Shown here in pieces: positions 15,701-24,894 of a DNA stretch of 28,422 nt. The notes beneath the pieces were generated by a model. The model saw nothing but the letters and a program-made list of their open reading frames with translations. It made no database searches and was not told the DNA's origin. Every line of letters starts with the position of its first letter. Position 1 is the stretch's first letter. The stretch is from assembly GCA_964480205.1 (NCBI GenBank), contig CAYZPZ010000002.1, positions 1,658-30,079 on the forward strand. Reading direction: 5' to 3'. The translations under genes and the position numbers were made by a program. The stretch comes from an uncultured Conexibacteraceae bacterium. GTDB taxonomy: Bacteria; Actinomycetota; Thermoleophilia; Solirubrobacterales; 70-9.

Positions 15701-16450
15701 ATGGAGTGGCGAAAGCAGGACGGGGTGCGCTGGCTCGAGGCCGGACTGCCCGGGGCGCGTGCGACCTTCTCCACGCGCGTCGGTGGGGTGAGCGAGCGAC
15801 CGTTTGACTCGCTCAATGTCGCGATCAAGACCGGGGACCAGCCGCGCAGCGTGGTCGAGAACCGCCGTCGTTTGGCGGCCGCGCTCGGCATCGCCCCTGA
15901 GAACGTGGTGATGGGGCGCCAGGTCCACGGGGCCGAGCTGCATCGACATGACACCCAGCAGGAGCCGCGGGTCTACGCCGACGCCGTGCGCAGCCCCGAC
16001 GAGGTCGACGCCCACGCCACCGAGCAGCCCGGCCTGGCGCCGCTGGTGATGGTCGCCGACTGCCTGCCGATCGCCCTGGTCGGTCCGGGGGGCGTGGCGA
16101 TGGTCCACGGCGGCTGGCGCGGTCTGGCCGGCGGCATCCTCGCTCGCGCCGCCGACGAGGTCGGGGGCTCCGCCGCGGCGATCGGGCCCGGGATCGGACC
16201 CTGCTGTTACGAGGTCGGGGAGGAGGTCCTGGCCGAGTTCGACGACCTCGACGGCGTCGCAGCGGGGCGGATGCTCGATCTGGCGGCGGCGGCGCGGCAG
16301 CTGCTGCACCGGGCGGGGGTCGAGCACATCGAGATCTCCGAGCTCTGCACCAGCTGCAACCCCGAGCTCTTCTACTCCCACCGCCGCGACGGCGAGCGCA
16401 CCGGCCGCCAGGCGGGGCTCGCCTGGCTCGAGCCGGAGGCGAGCGACTGA
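15701..16450 (+). CDS. pgeF: PgeF/YfiH/YlmD family protein
   Basis: FSTRVGGVS, QVHG, ADCLPI, HGGWRG, GPGIGPCCYEVG, CTSC, FYSHRR. ATG at 15701 is preferred (TAGCCT 8 nt upstream); GTG at 15659 is possible. Confidence 0.9.
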   Translation: MEWRKQDGVRWLEAGLPGARATFSTRVGGVSERPFDSLNVAIKTGDQPRSVVENRRRLAAALGIAPENVVMGRQVHGAELHRHDTQQEPRVYADAVRSPDEVDAHATEQPGLAPLVMVADCLPIALVGPGGVAMVHGGWRGLAGGILARAADEVGGSAAAIGPGIGPCCYEVGEEVLAEFDDLDGVAAGRMLDLAAAARQLLHRAGVEHIEISELCTSCNPELFYSHRRDGERTGRQAGLAWLEPEASD

Positions 16451-17085
16451 TGGCGGTTGAGCCCGTCACCGGGCTCGACCCTGAGCGCGTCCGCGCCAGC
16501 CTGGATCGGGTGCGTGAGGTCGCCGGCCCCGAGGTCGAGATCCTCGCCGCCACCAAGTACGTCCCCCTCGAGGAGCTGGGAGCCCTGGCCGAGGCCGGCG
16601 TCGACCTGGTCGGTGAGAACCGCCTCCAGGACCTCGAGGCGAAGCGCGAGCGCTGGGGCGATGCGTTCAGCTGGGACTTCATCGGCAACCTGCAGAGCCG
16701 CAAGGTGAAGCGAATCGCGCCGCTGGTGCGCCTGATCCACTCGCTCGCCTCCGATTCGGCGCTCGAGCAGCTCGCCAAGCACGCCGGCTCCGAGACGGCG
16801 GTGCTGGTCGAGGTCAACCTCGCCGGCGAGGAGAGCAAGGGCGGGATCCAGCCCGAGCGGCTGGGCCAGTTCATCGAGCGCTGCCCCGCCGATGTGCAGG
16901 GCCTGATGACGATGCCGCCGTTCACCGAAGACCCCGAAGCCTCGCGGCCCTACTTCGCGCGGCTGGCGGAGCTGGCGACCGAGCATGATCTGCGACGGCT
17001 TTCGATGGGGACCAGCCAAGATTGGCGGGTGGCCGTGGAGGAGGGCGCGACGATCATCCGCCTGGGCTCGATTCTCTACGCCTGA
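16450..17085 (+). CDS. yggS: PLP homeostasis protein YggS/YlmE
   Basis: AATKY, GENRLQD, FIGNLQSRK, GLMTMPP, LSMGTSQD, GATIIRLGS. Confidence 0.95.
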   Translation: MAVEPVTGLDPERVRASLDRVREVAGPEVEILAATKYVPLEELGALAEAGVDLVGENRLQDLEAKRERWGDAFSWDFIGNLQSRKVKRIAPLVRLIHSLASDSALEQLAKHAGSETAVLVEVNLAGEESKGGIQPERLGQFIERCPADVQGLMTMPPFTEDPEASRPYFARLAELATEHDLRRLSMGTSQDWRVAVEEGATIIRLGSILYA

Positions 17086-17190
17086 GAGCGCCGTGGCCGA
17101 GCGTGGCTGCGTGCCGTCCCGCACTATCCTTGGGGATCGAGGCGGTCCCCGGAAGAGGAATAAGCGCTGGAAAGCCGAATCTGAGCGGTA

Positions 17191-17778
17191 ATGGGCTTCA
17201 AGGACACATGGCGACGCTCCCTGGAGTACTTCGGCCTGGTCGAGGGCGACTACATCGACGAGGGCGAGTACGTCGAGGGGGACACAGGCCAGGAGATGGC
17301 GCTTGACGAGACAGCGGTCGCCCCGCGCGAGCCGGCGCGCGGCATGCGCCCCACGCGCCGCGCGCGCGACGACGACATCGATGACATCTTCGGCGAGGAG
17401 GAGGCAGCTGCGCCGCGGCGCGGACGCCTGCGATCGGTGGACTCCCCACCGCGGCGCTCCCGCCGCCCGGAGGGGGCACCTCGGGGCAACGGGGGCTCGG
17501 ACTTCTCGATGCACGTGGTCACGCCGCGCAGCTTCAACGACGCGCAGCAGGTCGCCGACGAGTTCAAGCGCTCGAAGCCGGTGATCATCAACCTGCAGAG
17601 CACCGATCGCGAGCTCTCCAAGCGATTGATCGACTTCTCTTCGGGCATGACCTACGCCCTCGGCGGCGGCATGCAGCGGATCTCGCAGGGCATCTTCCTG
17701 CTCACTCCCGCCAACGTCGACGTCTCCGCCGAGGAGAAGGCCCGCATCCTCGAGGGCGGCTTCTTCAACCAGTCATAG
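17191..17778 (+). CDS. sepF: Cell division protein SepF
   Basis: PRSFNDAQQVAD, VIINL, RLIDFSSGMTYALGG, FLLTPANV. Confidence 0.95.
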   Translation: MGFKDTWRRSLEYFGLVEGDYIDEGEYVEGDTGQEMALDETAVAPREPARGMRPTRRARDDDIDDIFGEEEAAAPRRGRLRSVDSPPRRSRRPEGAPRGNGGSDFSMHVVTPRSFNDAQQVADEFKRSKPVIINLQSTDRELSKRLIDFSSGMTYALGGGMQRISQGIFLLTPANVDVSAEEKARILEGGFFNQS

Positions 17779-17794
17779 CCATAGAGTGCCGCCG

Positions 17795-18574
17795 ATGAAA
17801 GTCGGCTTTGTCGGCGCGGGCAACATGGCCACGGGGATCGCCCGCGGTTGGGCGGCGGCGCGGGGGGAGTCCGGCGCCCCGGAGCTGATGCTGTTCTCCG
17901 ACGCGGACCCCGAGCGCGCCCGGGCCCTCGCCGAGGAGGTGGGCGGAGAGGCGGTGGACTCGAACCGCGCCCTGGCCGAGGCGGCCGACCTGATGGTCCT
18001 GGCCGTGAAGCCGAAGGTGCTGGACGAGGTCTCGGGCGAGCTGGCCCAGGCCGGCAAGCCGATCATCTCGATCCTGGCCGGGACCTCGCTCGAGCGGCTG
18101 CGGGCCGCCCTCCCCGGCGTGGAGCTGGTGCGGGTGATGCCGAACCTGGGCGCGCAGCTGCGTCTGGCGGTGCTCTGCGTCGCCTATCCCGACGACCTCC
18201 CGGCGGCGCGCCGGCGGGAGACCGGGGTGCTGCTTGCGCTGCTGGGGGAGGTGGTCGAGCTCGAGGAGGGTCTGATCGACGCCGCCACCGCCCTGATGGG
18301 CTGCTCGCCCGGCTATCTGGCCCTGTTCGCCGAGGTTTTGGTCCAGGCGGGGGCCGAGGAAGGCCTGACCACCGAGCAGGCGCGGCGGATGGTCTCGCAG
18401 TCGATGGCTGCCACCGGCGGCCTGCTGGAGCACCGGGAACCCGCCGAGCTGAAGCGCGCTGTGGCCTCACCGGGGGGGATGACCGAGGCGGGCCTGGAGG
18501 CGCTGGAGGAGCGCTCGATCCGCGAGACGCTGCGGGCGGCGGTCGACGCCTCCCTGGCGAGGGTGCGAGGCTAG
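17795..18574 (+). CDS. proC: Pyrroline-5-carboxylate reductase
   Basis: GFVGAGNMA, LAVKP, RVMPN, VASPGGMTEAGL; ATG at 17795 has TAGAGT 7 nt upstream. Confidence 0.92.
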   Translation: MKVGFVGAGNMATGIARGWAAARGESGAPELMLFSDADPERARALAEEVGGEAVDSNRALAEAADLMVLAVKPKVLDEVSGELAQAGKPIISILAGTSLERLRAALPGVELVRVMPNLGAQLRLAVLCVAYPDDLPAARRRETGVLLALLGEVVELEEGLIDAATALMGCSPGYLALFAEVLVQAGAEEGLTTEQARRMVSQSMAATGGLLEHREPAELKRAVASPGGMTEAGLEALEERSIRETLRAAVDASLARVRG

Positions 18575-18579
18575 GGCCG

Positions 18580-18882
18580 ATGGGAACATCAGCCCTGCTG
18601 GCGATCTCGCGCGCCGACGTCGCCTCCTACGTCGAGGCGCTCTTCCTCGTCTACATCATCCTCATCTTCATCCGGGTACTGCTCTCTTGGATCCCCAGGC
18701 TGCCCTACAACCCGACCCTGCGGGCGGTGGTCGAGTTCGTCCACGAGGTCACCGATCCCTACCTCAACATCTTCCGCCGCTTCCTGCCGCCGGTCGGCGG
18801 GCGGCTCGACCTCAGCCCGATCCTGGCGATCATCGTGCTGCTGATCGCGCAGGGCGTGGTCGTTGGGCTGATCGAGGGTTGA
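18580..18882 (+). CDS. yggT: YggT/YlmG family membrane protein
   Basis: IRVLLSWIP...VTDPYLNIFRRFLPPVGGRLDLSPILAII. Confidence 0.92.
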   Translation: MGTSALLAISRADVASYVEALFLVYIILIFIRVLLSWIPRLPYNPTLRAVVEFVHEVTDPYLNIFRRFLPPVGGRLDLSPILAIIVLLIAQGVVVGLIEG

Positions 18883-19337
18883 GCCCGCCGGTTCGCGGCC
18901 TAGCCTTCGCCCTGGCCACCGCGGGAGCCGTGGTCGGCCTCGATCAGGGGGCCAAGGCCGCGGTCAACTCCCACATCGACCGCGGCGACCAGGTGGAGCT
19001 GTTGCCCTTCCTGGAGCTCGCCAACACCAGGAATCGGGGGGTGGCGTTCGGTCTGGCCGGCGACGTGGCGCCGGAGCTGATCGGCGCCACCCTGATCGTG
19101 CTGATCGCCTTGCTCACCTACCTCTCGGCCCGGGTCAAGGGGCCGGGATTGATCTGGTTGCCGGCGGGACTGCTGATCGGCGGGGCACTGGGGAATCTCG
19201 CCGATCGGGTTCGCGACGGCGCCGTCACGGACTTCATCGACCCCCGCCTGTGGCCGACCTTCAACCTGGCCGACGTCGCGATCGTCGCCGGCGTCGCCCT
19301 GCTGATCGTGCTTCCGGATCGCTCCGAGCCCGGATGA
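18879..19337 (+). CDS. lspA: Lipoprotein signal peptidase
   Basis: LDQGAK, NRGVAFG, GGALGNLADR, AVTDFI, FNLADVAI; TTG overlaps the yggT stop. Confidence 0.93.
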   Translation: MSPPVRGLAFALATAGAVVGLDQGAKAAVNSHIDRGDQVELLPFLELANTRNRGVAFGLAGDVAPELIGATLIVLIALLTYLSARVKGPGLIWLPAGLLIGGALGNLADRVRDGAVTDFIDPRLWPTFNLADVAIVAGVALLIVLPDRSEPG

Positions 19338-20011
19338 CCCCGGCCCGGCCGGGGATCGTGCATCGCGACGAGGCGATCGTCGTGGTCGACAAACCGGCGG
19401 GGCTGGTGGTGCACGCGGCGCCCTCGCACAGCGGAGCAACGCTGGTCGACGAGCTGGTCGGCCTGGCCGGGGGCGGCGCCCTGGGCCGGCCGGGCATCGT
19501 CCATCGCCTCGACAAGGACACCTCCGGCCTGATGGTCGTGGCCCGCACCGAGGCGGCGCACCGCGAGCTCGCCCGCCAGATCAAGTCGCGCCAGGTCGAG
19601 CGCGAATACGGAGCGCTGGTGGCGGGCCGGCTGGAGTCGCGCAGCGGCACGATCGATGCGCCCCTGGGTCGGCATCGCCGCAGTCGCACACGCCGGGCGG
19701 TTCGCGGCGCGGGTGAGCGTCCCGCCGTGACCCACTTCGAGGTGATCGAGCTGCTGCCCGCCGACACCCTGGTCGGGGCGCGCCTCGAGACCGGGCGCAC
19801 ACACCAGATTCGGGTCCACTTCGCCGCGATCGGGCACCCGGTGGCGGGCGATCGCGAGTACGGGGAGGCGGGCCGCCACGGGCTCGGGCGCCAGTTCCTG
19901 CACGCGCGACGGCTCGCCTTTCGCCACCCGCAGAGCGGCGAGCGTCTGGAGTTCGCCTCCGAGCTGCCCGAGGACTTGGCCGAGGCCCTGGAACGTGCCC
20001 GCCACCCCTAG
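19334..20011 (+). CDS. RluA/RluD family pseudouridine synthase without S4 domain
   Basis: VVDKPAGLVVH, GIVHRLDKDTSG, LETGRTHQIRVH, GHPVAGD, FLHA; ATGA overlap with lspA. Confidence 0.92.
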   Translation: MTPARPGIVHRDEAIVVVDKPAGLVVHAAPSHSGATLVDELVGLAGGGALGRPGIVHRLDKDTSGLMVVARTEAAHRELARQIKSRQVEREYGALVAGRLESRSGTIDAPLGRHRRSRTRRAVRGAGERPAVTHFEVIELLPADTLVGARLETGRTHQIRVHFAAIGHPVAGDREYGEAGRHGLGRQFLHARRLAFRHPQSGERLEFASELPEDLAEALERARHP

Positions 20012-20012
20012 C

Positions 20013-20051
20013 GGGGTGACTTTTCCGGGATATGGCCGGAAAAGTCGCCCC
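20013..20051. repeat. 16-bp inverted repeat (terminator- or REP-like)
   Basis: GGGGTGACTTTTCCGG-GATATGG-CCGGAAAAGTCGCCCC, one mismatch (a G-U pair on the + strand). Confidence 0.8.
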
Positions 20052-20087
20052 CCTGCGGCCGCTTGGCGCGGTCTGGTCCCGGCGCTC

Positions 20088-20209
20088 TAGAATCCGCGGC
20101 CGACCGTAATCGACCCACGTCGCCAGGCGCGGGGCGCTGCCCGGCTCAGGCCGGGTCCCCACCGCAGCGGCGCGAACTCTGCACAAACACAAGCGAACTG
20201 AGAGGAAAG
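20088..20209 (+). promoter_or_regulatory. rpsB promoter (-10 TAGAAT) and structured ~110-nt leader
   Basis: TAGAAT at 20088-93; stems CCCGGC/GCCGGG (20140-45/20150-55) and CGCTGC/GCAGCG (20135-40/20164-69); A/C-rich single-stranded tract, then GAGG SD. Confidence 0.55.
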
Positions 20210-21145
20210 ATGGCCGAGGTAGACGCGAGCCGACAGCGGACGCGAAGCGGAGCAGTCGGCGTCGGAGTCAAGGAGCTGCTGGAGGCCGGAGTGCACTTCG
20301 GCCACCAGACGCGGCGCTGGAACCCACGCATGCGCCGCTACATCCACGGGGAGCGGGAGGGGATCCACGTGATCGACCTGCTCCAGTCAGAGGAGCTGCT
20401 GCGGGCGGCAACCGACTTCGCCCGCGAGCTCGCAGCGAAGGGCGGGGTGGTGTTGTTCGTGGGCACCAAGAAACAGGCCCGCGACTCGATCGAGGAGTGG
20501 GCGAAGCGCTGCGAGATGCCCTACGTCAGCAGGCGTTGGCTGGGCGGCCTGCTCACCAACTACCAGACGATCCGCAAGCGGATTCAGCGCCTGCACGAGC
20601 TGCGCGGCCTGCAGGAGGACGGCAGGCTCGAGCTGCTCCCGACCAAGGAGCGGATGTCGATGGAGGCCGAGCTCGGCAAGCTCGAGTACAACCTCGGCGG
20701 CGTCGCCGACATGCAGCGCCTGCCCGACGCCGTGCTGATCGTCGACCTGAAGACCGAGGAGATCGCTCTGCGCGAGGCCGAGCGGCTGGAGATCCCGATC
20801 ATCGGCCTGGTCGACACCAACTGCGACCCCGGCCCGGTCAACTACGTGGTCCCGGGCAACGACGATGCGATCCGCTCCTGCGAGCTGGTGATCGGCACCG
20901 TGGGCCAGGCGATCGAGGGGGCCGCGGCGAAGTGGCGCGAGGAGGAGGCCCGCCGGCGCGCCGAGGAGGAGGAGCGGCGTCGCAAGGAGGAGGAGGAGCG
21001 CAAGCGCCGCGAGGCCGAGGAAAAGGCGAAGCGCGAGGCCGAGGAGAAGGCCAAGGCGGAGGCTGAGCAGAAGGCCAGGGCCGAGGCCGAGCAGAAGGCG
21101 AAGGAGTCCAAGCCCGAGCCGGCCGCCAAGGAGGGAGGATCCTGA
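20210..21145 (+). CDS. rpsB: 30S ribosomal protein S2 with N-terminal insertion and long charged C-terminal tail
   Basis: KELLEAGVHFGHQTRRWNPRM, LFVGTKKQA, RWLGGLLTN, VDTNCDP, PGNDDAIRS; ATG at 20210 after SD. Confidence 0.97.
   Translation: MAEVDASRQRTRSGAVGVGVKELLEAGVHFGHQTRRWNPRMRRYIHGEREGIHVIDLLQSEELLRAATDFARELAAKGGVVLFVGTKKQARDSIEEWAKRCEMPYVSRRWLGGLLTNYQTIRKRIQRLHELRGLQEDGRLELLPTKERMSMEAELGKLEYNLGGVADMQRLPDAVLIVDLKTEEIALREAERLEIPIIGLVDTNCDPGPVNYVVPGNDDAIRSCELVIGTVGQAIEGAAAKWREEEARRRAEEEERRRKEEEERKRREAEEKAKREAEEKAKAEAEQKARAEAEQKAKESKPEPAAKEGGS
21011..21106 (+). repeat. Four imperfect 24-nt coding tandem repeats in the rpsB tail
   Basis: EAEEKAKR / EAEEKAKA / EAEQKARA / EAEQKAKE. Confidence 0.85.
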
Positions 21146-21759
21146 TGGCCGCGGCCAAGGCCACGGCCGCCGAGGTGAAGGCGCTTCGGGATCGCACCGG
21201 AGCCGGGATGATGGACTGCAAGCGGGCGCTGGAGGAGGCTGGCGGCGACACAGACGCCGCGATCGAGATCCTGCGTAAGCGGGGCGCCGCCTCCGCGGCG
21301 AAGCGCAGCGGCCGCGGCACCGGCGAGGGCGTGATCAGCACCTACGTCCACGCCGATAGCCGCAAGGGTGCCCTGGTCGAGATCCAGTGCGAGACCGACT
21401 TCGTCGCTCGCAACGAGGACTTCCAGGAGTTCGCCCGCCAGGTCGCGATTCACGTCACCGCGATGAACCCGCAGCACGTCTCCTCGAAGGACATCCCGGC
21501 CGACGAGCTCGAGAACGAGCGCCGCATCCTCACCGAGAAGGCGCAGGCCGACGGCAAGCCTGACGAGGTGGTGGAGAAGATCGTCGAGGGGCAGCTGCGA
21601 AAGTGGGGCTCGGAGCTGGTCCTCCTCGAGCAAAAGCACTTCAACGAGGAGCGCTACGAGGGCAAGACGATCGAGGAGCTGCGCACCGAGATCGCCGCCA
21701 AGACCGGAGAGAACGTGCGGATCGCCCGGTTCGCCCGCTTCGAGGTCGGGGAGGAATAG
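21145..21759 (+). CDS. tsf: Elongation factor Ts, short form
   Basis: [48 protein letters not shown]. Confidence 0.97.
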   Translation: MAAAKATAAEVKALRDRTGAGMMDCKRALEEAGGDTDAAIEILRKRGAASAAKRSGRGTGEGVISTYVHADSRKGALVEIQCETDFVARNEDFQEFARQVAIHVTAMNPQHVSSKDIPADELENERRILTEKAQADGKPDEVVEKIVEGQLRKWGSELVLLEQKHFNEERYEGKTIEELRTEIAAKTGENVRIARFARFEVGEE

Positions 21760-21761
21760 CC

Positions 21762-22517
21762 TTGGCGGAGCCGCGGTTCAAGCGCGTCCTGCTGAAGCTC
21801 TCGGGGGAGGCGCTGATGGGCTCATTGGACTACGGCACCGACCCGGCGCAGATCGAGCGCATCGCCAAGCAGGTCTCGGAGGTGCGGGGACGCGGCGTGG
21901 ACGTCGCGATCGTGGTCGGCGCCGGCAACATCTACCGGGGCCTGGAGGGCGCGGCCGAGGGCATGGACCGGGCCACCGCCGACTACATGGGCATGCTGGC
22001 CACCGTGATCAACGCGCTCGCGCTCCAGGACGCCCTGGAGAACGTCGAGATCGACACCCGCGTGATGTCGGCGATGGCGGTGACCGAGGTGGCCGAGCCC
22101 TACATCCGCCGCCGCGCGATCCGGCACCTGGAGAAGGGCCGGGCGGTGATCTTCGCCGCGGGCACCGGCAACCCGTTCTTCACCACCGACACCGCCGCCG
22201 CCCTGCGCGCCCTGGAGATCCACGCCGAGGCGATCCTCATGGCCAAGAACGGGGTGGAGGGGGTCTACGACGCCGACCCCCGGGACGACCCCAACGCCAG
22301 CTTCCTGGCCGAGATCAGCCACCGCGAGGCGATCGAGCGCGGCCTGCGGGTGATGGACTCGACGGCCCTCTCCCTCTGCATGGACAACGACCTGCCGATC
22401 TACGTCTTCAACATGGCCGACGAGCGGAACATAGATAGGATCGTCAGCGGAGAGCGGGTCGGAACATTGGTCTCGAACACGCTGGCCGCCGATCCGGCGC
22501 AGAGGGTGGGCACCTGA
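21762..22517 (+). CDS. pyrH: UMP kinase
   Basis: [43 protein letters not shown]; TTG at 21762 after GGAGG. Confidence 0.97.
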   Translation: MAEPRFKRVLLKLSGEALMGSLDYGTDPAQIERIAKQVSEVRGRGVDVAIVVGAGNIYRGLEGAAEGMDRATADYMGMLATVINALALQDALENVEIDTRVMSAMAVTEVAEPYIRRRAIRHLEKGRAVIFAAGTGNPFFTTDTAAALRALEIHAEAILMAKNGVEGVYDADPRDDPNASFLAEISHREAIERGLRVMDSTALSLCMDNDLPIYVFNMADERNIDRIVSGERVGTLVSNTLAADPAQRVGT

Positions 22518-22519
22518 CG

Positions 22520-23083
22520 ATGGAGATCATCGACGAGCTGCTGGCCGATGCCTCGGACCGGATGGGGAAGTCGGTCGAGGCAACCCGCAACGAGCTCGCC
22601 ACCGTCCGCACGGGGCGCGCTTCGCCGCATCTGCTGGACCGTCTGATCGTCGACTACTACGGCGCCGAGACCCCGGTCAAGCAGCTCGCCCAAGTCGCAG
22701 CCACCGACGCCCGGATGCTGACCGTCACCCCCTACGACAAGTCCTCGATCTCGGCGATCGAGAAGGCGGTGATGGAGTCCGACCTCGGCCTCACCCCCTC
22801 CAACGACGGCAACGTGATCCGGCTGCAGATCCCGGAGCTGACCGAGGAGCGCCGCCGCGAGCTCGTCAAGATCGTCCACAGCGTCGCCGAGGAGGGCAGG
22901 GTCGCGGTGCGCAACATCCGCCGGGACGTCATGCACGACCTCCGCGAGCTGAAGAAGGAGGGCGAGGCCGGTTCCGACGAGGAGCACCGCGCGGAGACCG
23001 AGCTGCAGAACCGAACCGACGAGTCGATCGGGCAGATCGACGACCTCCTAAAGGGCAAGGAGGAAGAGATCCTCGAGGTCTAG
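22520..23083 (+). CDS. frr: Ribosome recycling factor
   Basis: VRTGRASP, LGLTPSNDGNVIR, LTEERRRELVK, RVAVRNIRRD. Confidence 0.97.
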   Translation: MEIIDELLADASDRMGKSVEATRNELATVRTGRASPHLLDRLIVDYYGAETPVKQLAQVAATDARMLTVTPYDKSSISAIEKAVMESDLGLTPSNDGNVIRLQIPELTEERRRELVKIVHSVAEEGRVAVRNIRRDVMHDLRELKKEGEAGSDEEHRAETELQNRTDESIGQIDDLLKGKEEEILEV

Positions 23084-23120
23084 GCGGCTGCCGCCGGCTA
23101 GGCCTGGCTCTCGCCGCCCG

Positions 23121-23779
<659 letters not shown>

Positions 23780-23783
<4 letters not shown>

Positions 23784-24826
23784 GCCCGCTCGACGACCTC
23801 GATCCGCCGACCTTCCAGTTCGGCCGCCGCCGCCGCGAGCGCCGGGCGCAGCGCGAGGCCGCGGAGCGCCAGGCCGAGGCGGCGGAGGCGGCCGAGCGGG
23901 GGGAGGCCCCGCCGGAGTCGGATCTCGAGATCCCCAGCTTCGGGCAGCCGCCCGGGGCGCCGGAGATCTCGGTCAGCAGGCCCGGCGAGGAGCCGGCCAA
24001 GCCGCCGCTGTGGCGCCGGCTCCCGTTCGCCCGCTCGGAGACCGGCGCTCGCGTGGTGGTGGCGATCCCCTGGGTGATCTTCGCGGTCTTCATCGTCGCC
24101 GTCGGCGGCCCGATCTTCATGCTCGCGCTAATCGGGCTGGGGGGGATCGGCCTGCGCGAGTTCTTCCGCATGGTCGGCGCGGGCGCGGCGGTCGAGGTCC
24201 CTGCCTATCTGGCCATGGCGGGAATGGTGGTCGCCGCCCACTACGGCAGCTCCTTCCAGATCCTGCTGGTGTTCGCCGCCTCCTTCCCGGTGATCTACCT
24301 GTTCGCGGCGCGCCGCCCCGCCCTGGAAGGCGTCACGGTCTCGATCGCGATCACCTTGCTCGGGGTCGGCTGGCTGGGACTGGGCTTCTCCCACGCGGTC
24401 CTGCTGCGCGAGCTGCCCGACCACGGCGCGGGCCTGCTGATCGACGTCCTGGTGGCCACCTTCGTCGGCGACACCGCCGCCTACGCGGCGGGGCGGCTCT
24501 TCGGTCAGCGCAAGATCACCCCGCGGATCTCACCCAACAAGACGCTCGAAGGGGGAATCGGGGGCTTCATCGGCGCCACCATGGGCTTCTGGTTCGCCGG
24601 GCTCTACCAGGACTGGCTGCCCGGGACCGACGCGCTGCTGATGGGCATGGGAATCGCCCTGGTCGCCCCGCTCGGAGACCTTTTCGCCTCCATGATCAAG
24701 CGCGACCTCCAGGTCAAGGACACCGGCAACCTGTTCGGCCCCCACGGCGGTCTGATCGACCGCCTCGACGCGGTCCTCTTCACCGTAGTCGCCGGCTACT
24801 ACCTCTCGGTCGCGTTCTTGTACTAG
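23780..24826 (+). CDS. cdsA: Phosphatidate cytidylyltransferase with long N-terminal extension
   Basis: DTAAY, ISPNKTLEG, GDLFASMIKRD, KDTG...PHGGLIDRLD. Confidence 0.93.
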
Positions 24827-24894
24827 CCACCGCCGGGCTTGCGGGAGCATCCGACGCTTAGGCGAGCCTCAGGCACGGCCCTACACTGGCGGCG

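Noticed and set aside
17125-17150. Riboswitch in the sepF leader (GGGGATC-GAGGC-GGTCCCC hairpin after TATCCT)
   Set aside because: A single short stem overlapping the predicted TSS with no aptamer motif; insufficient evidence.
21011-21106. CRISPR-like periodic repeat
   Set aside because: The units are contiguous coding repeats without spacers, and no cas genes are present.
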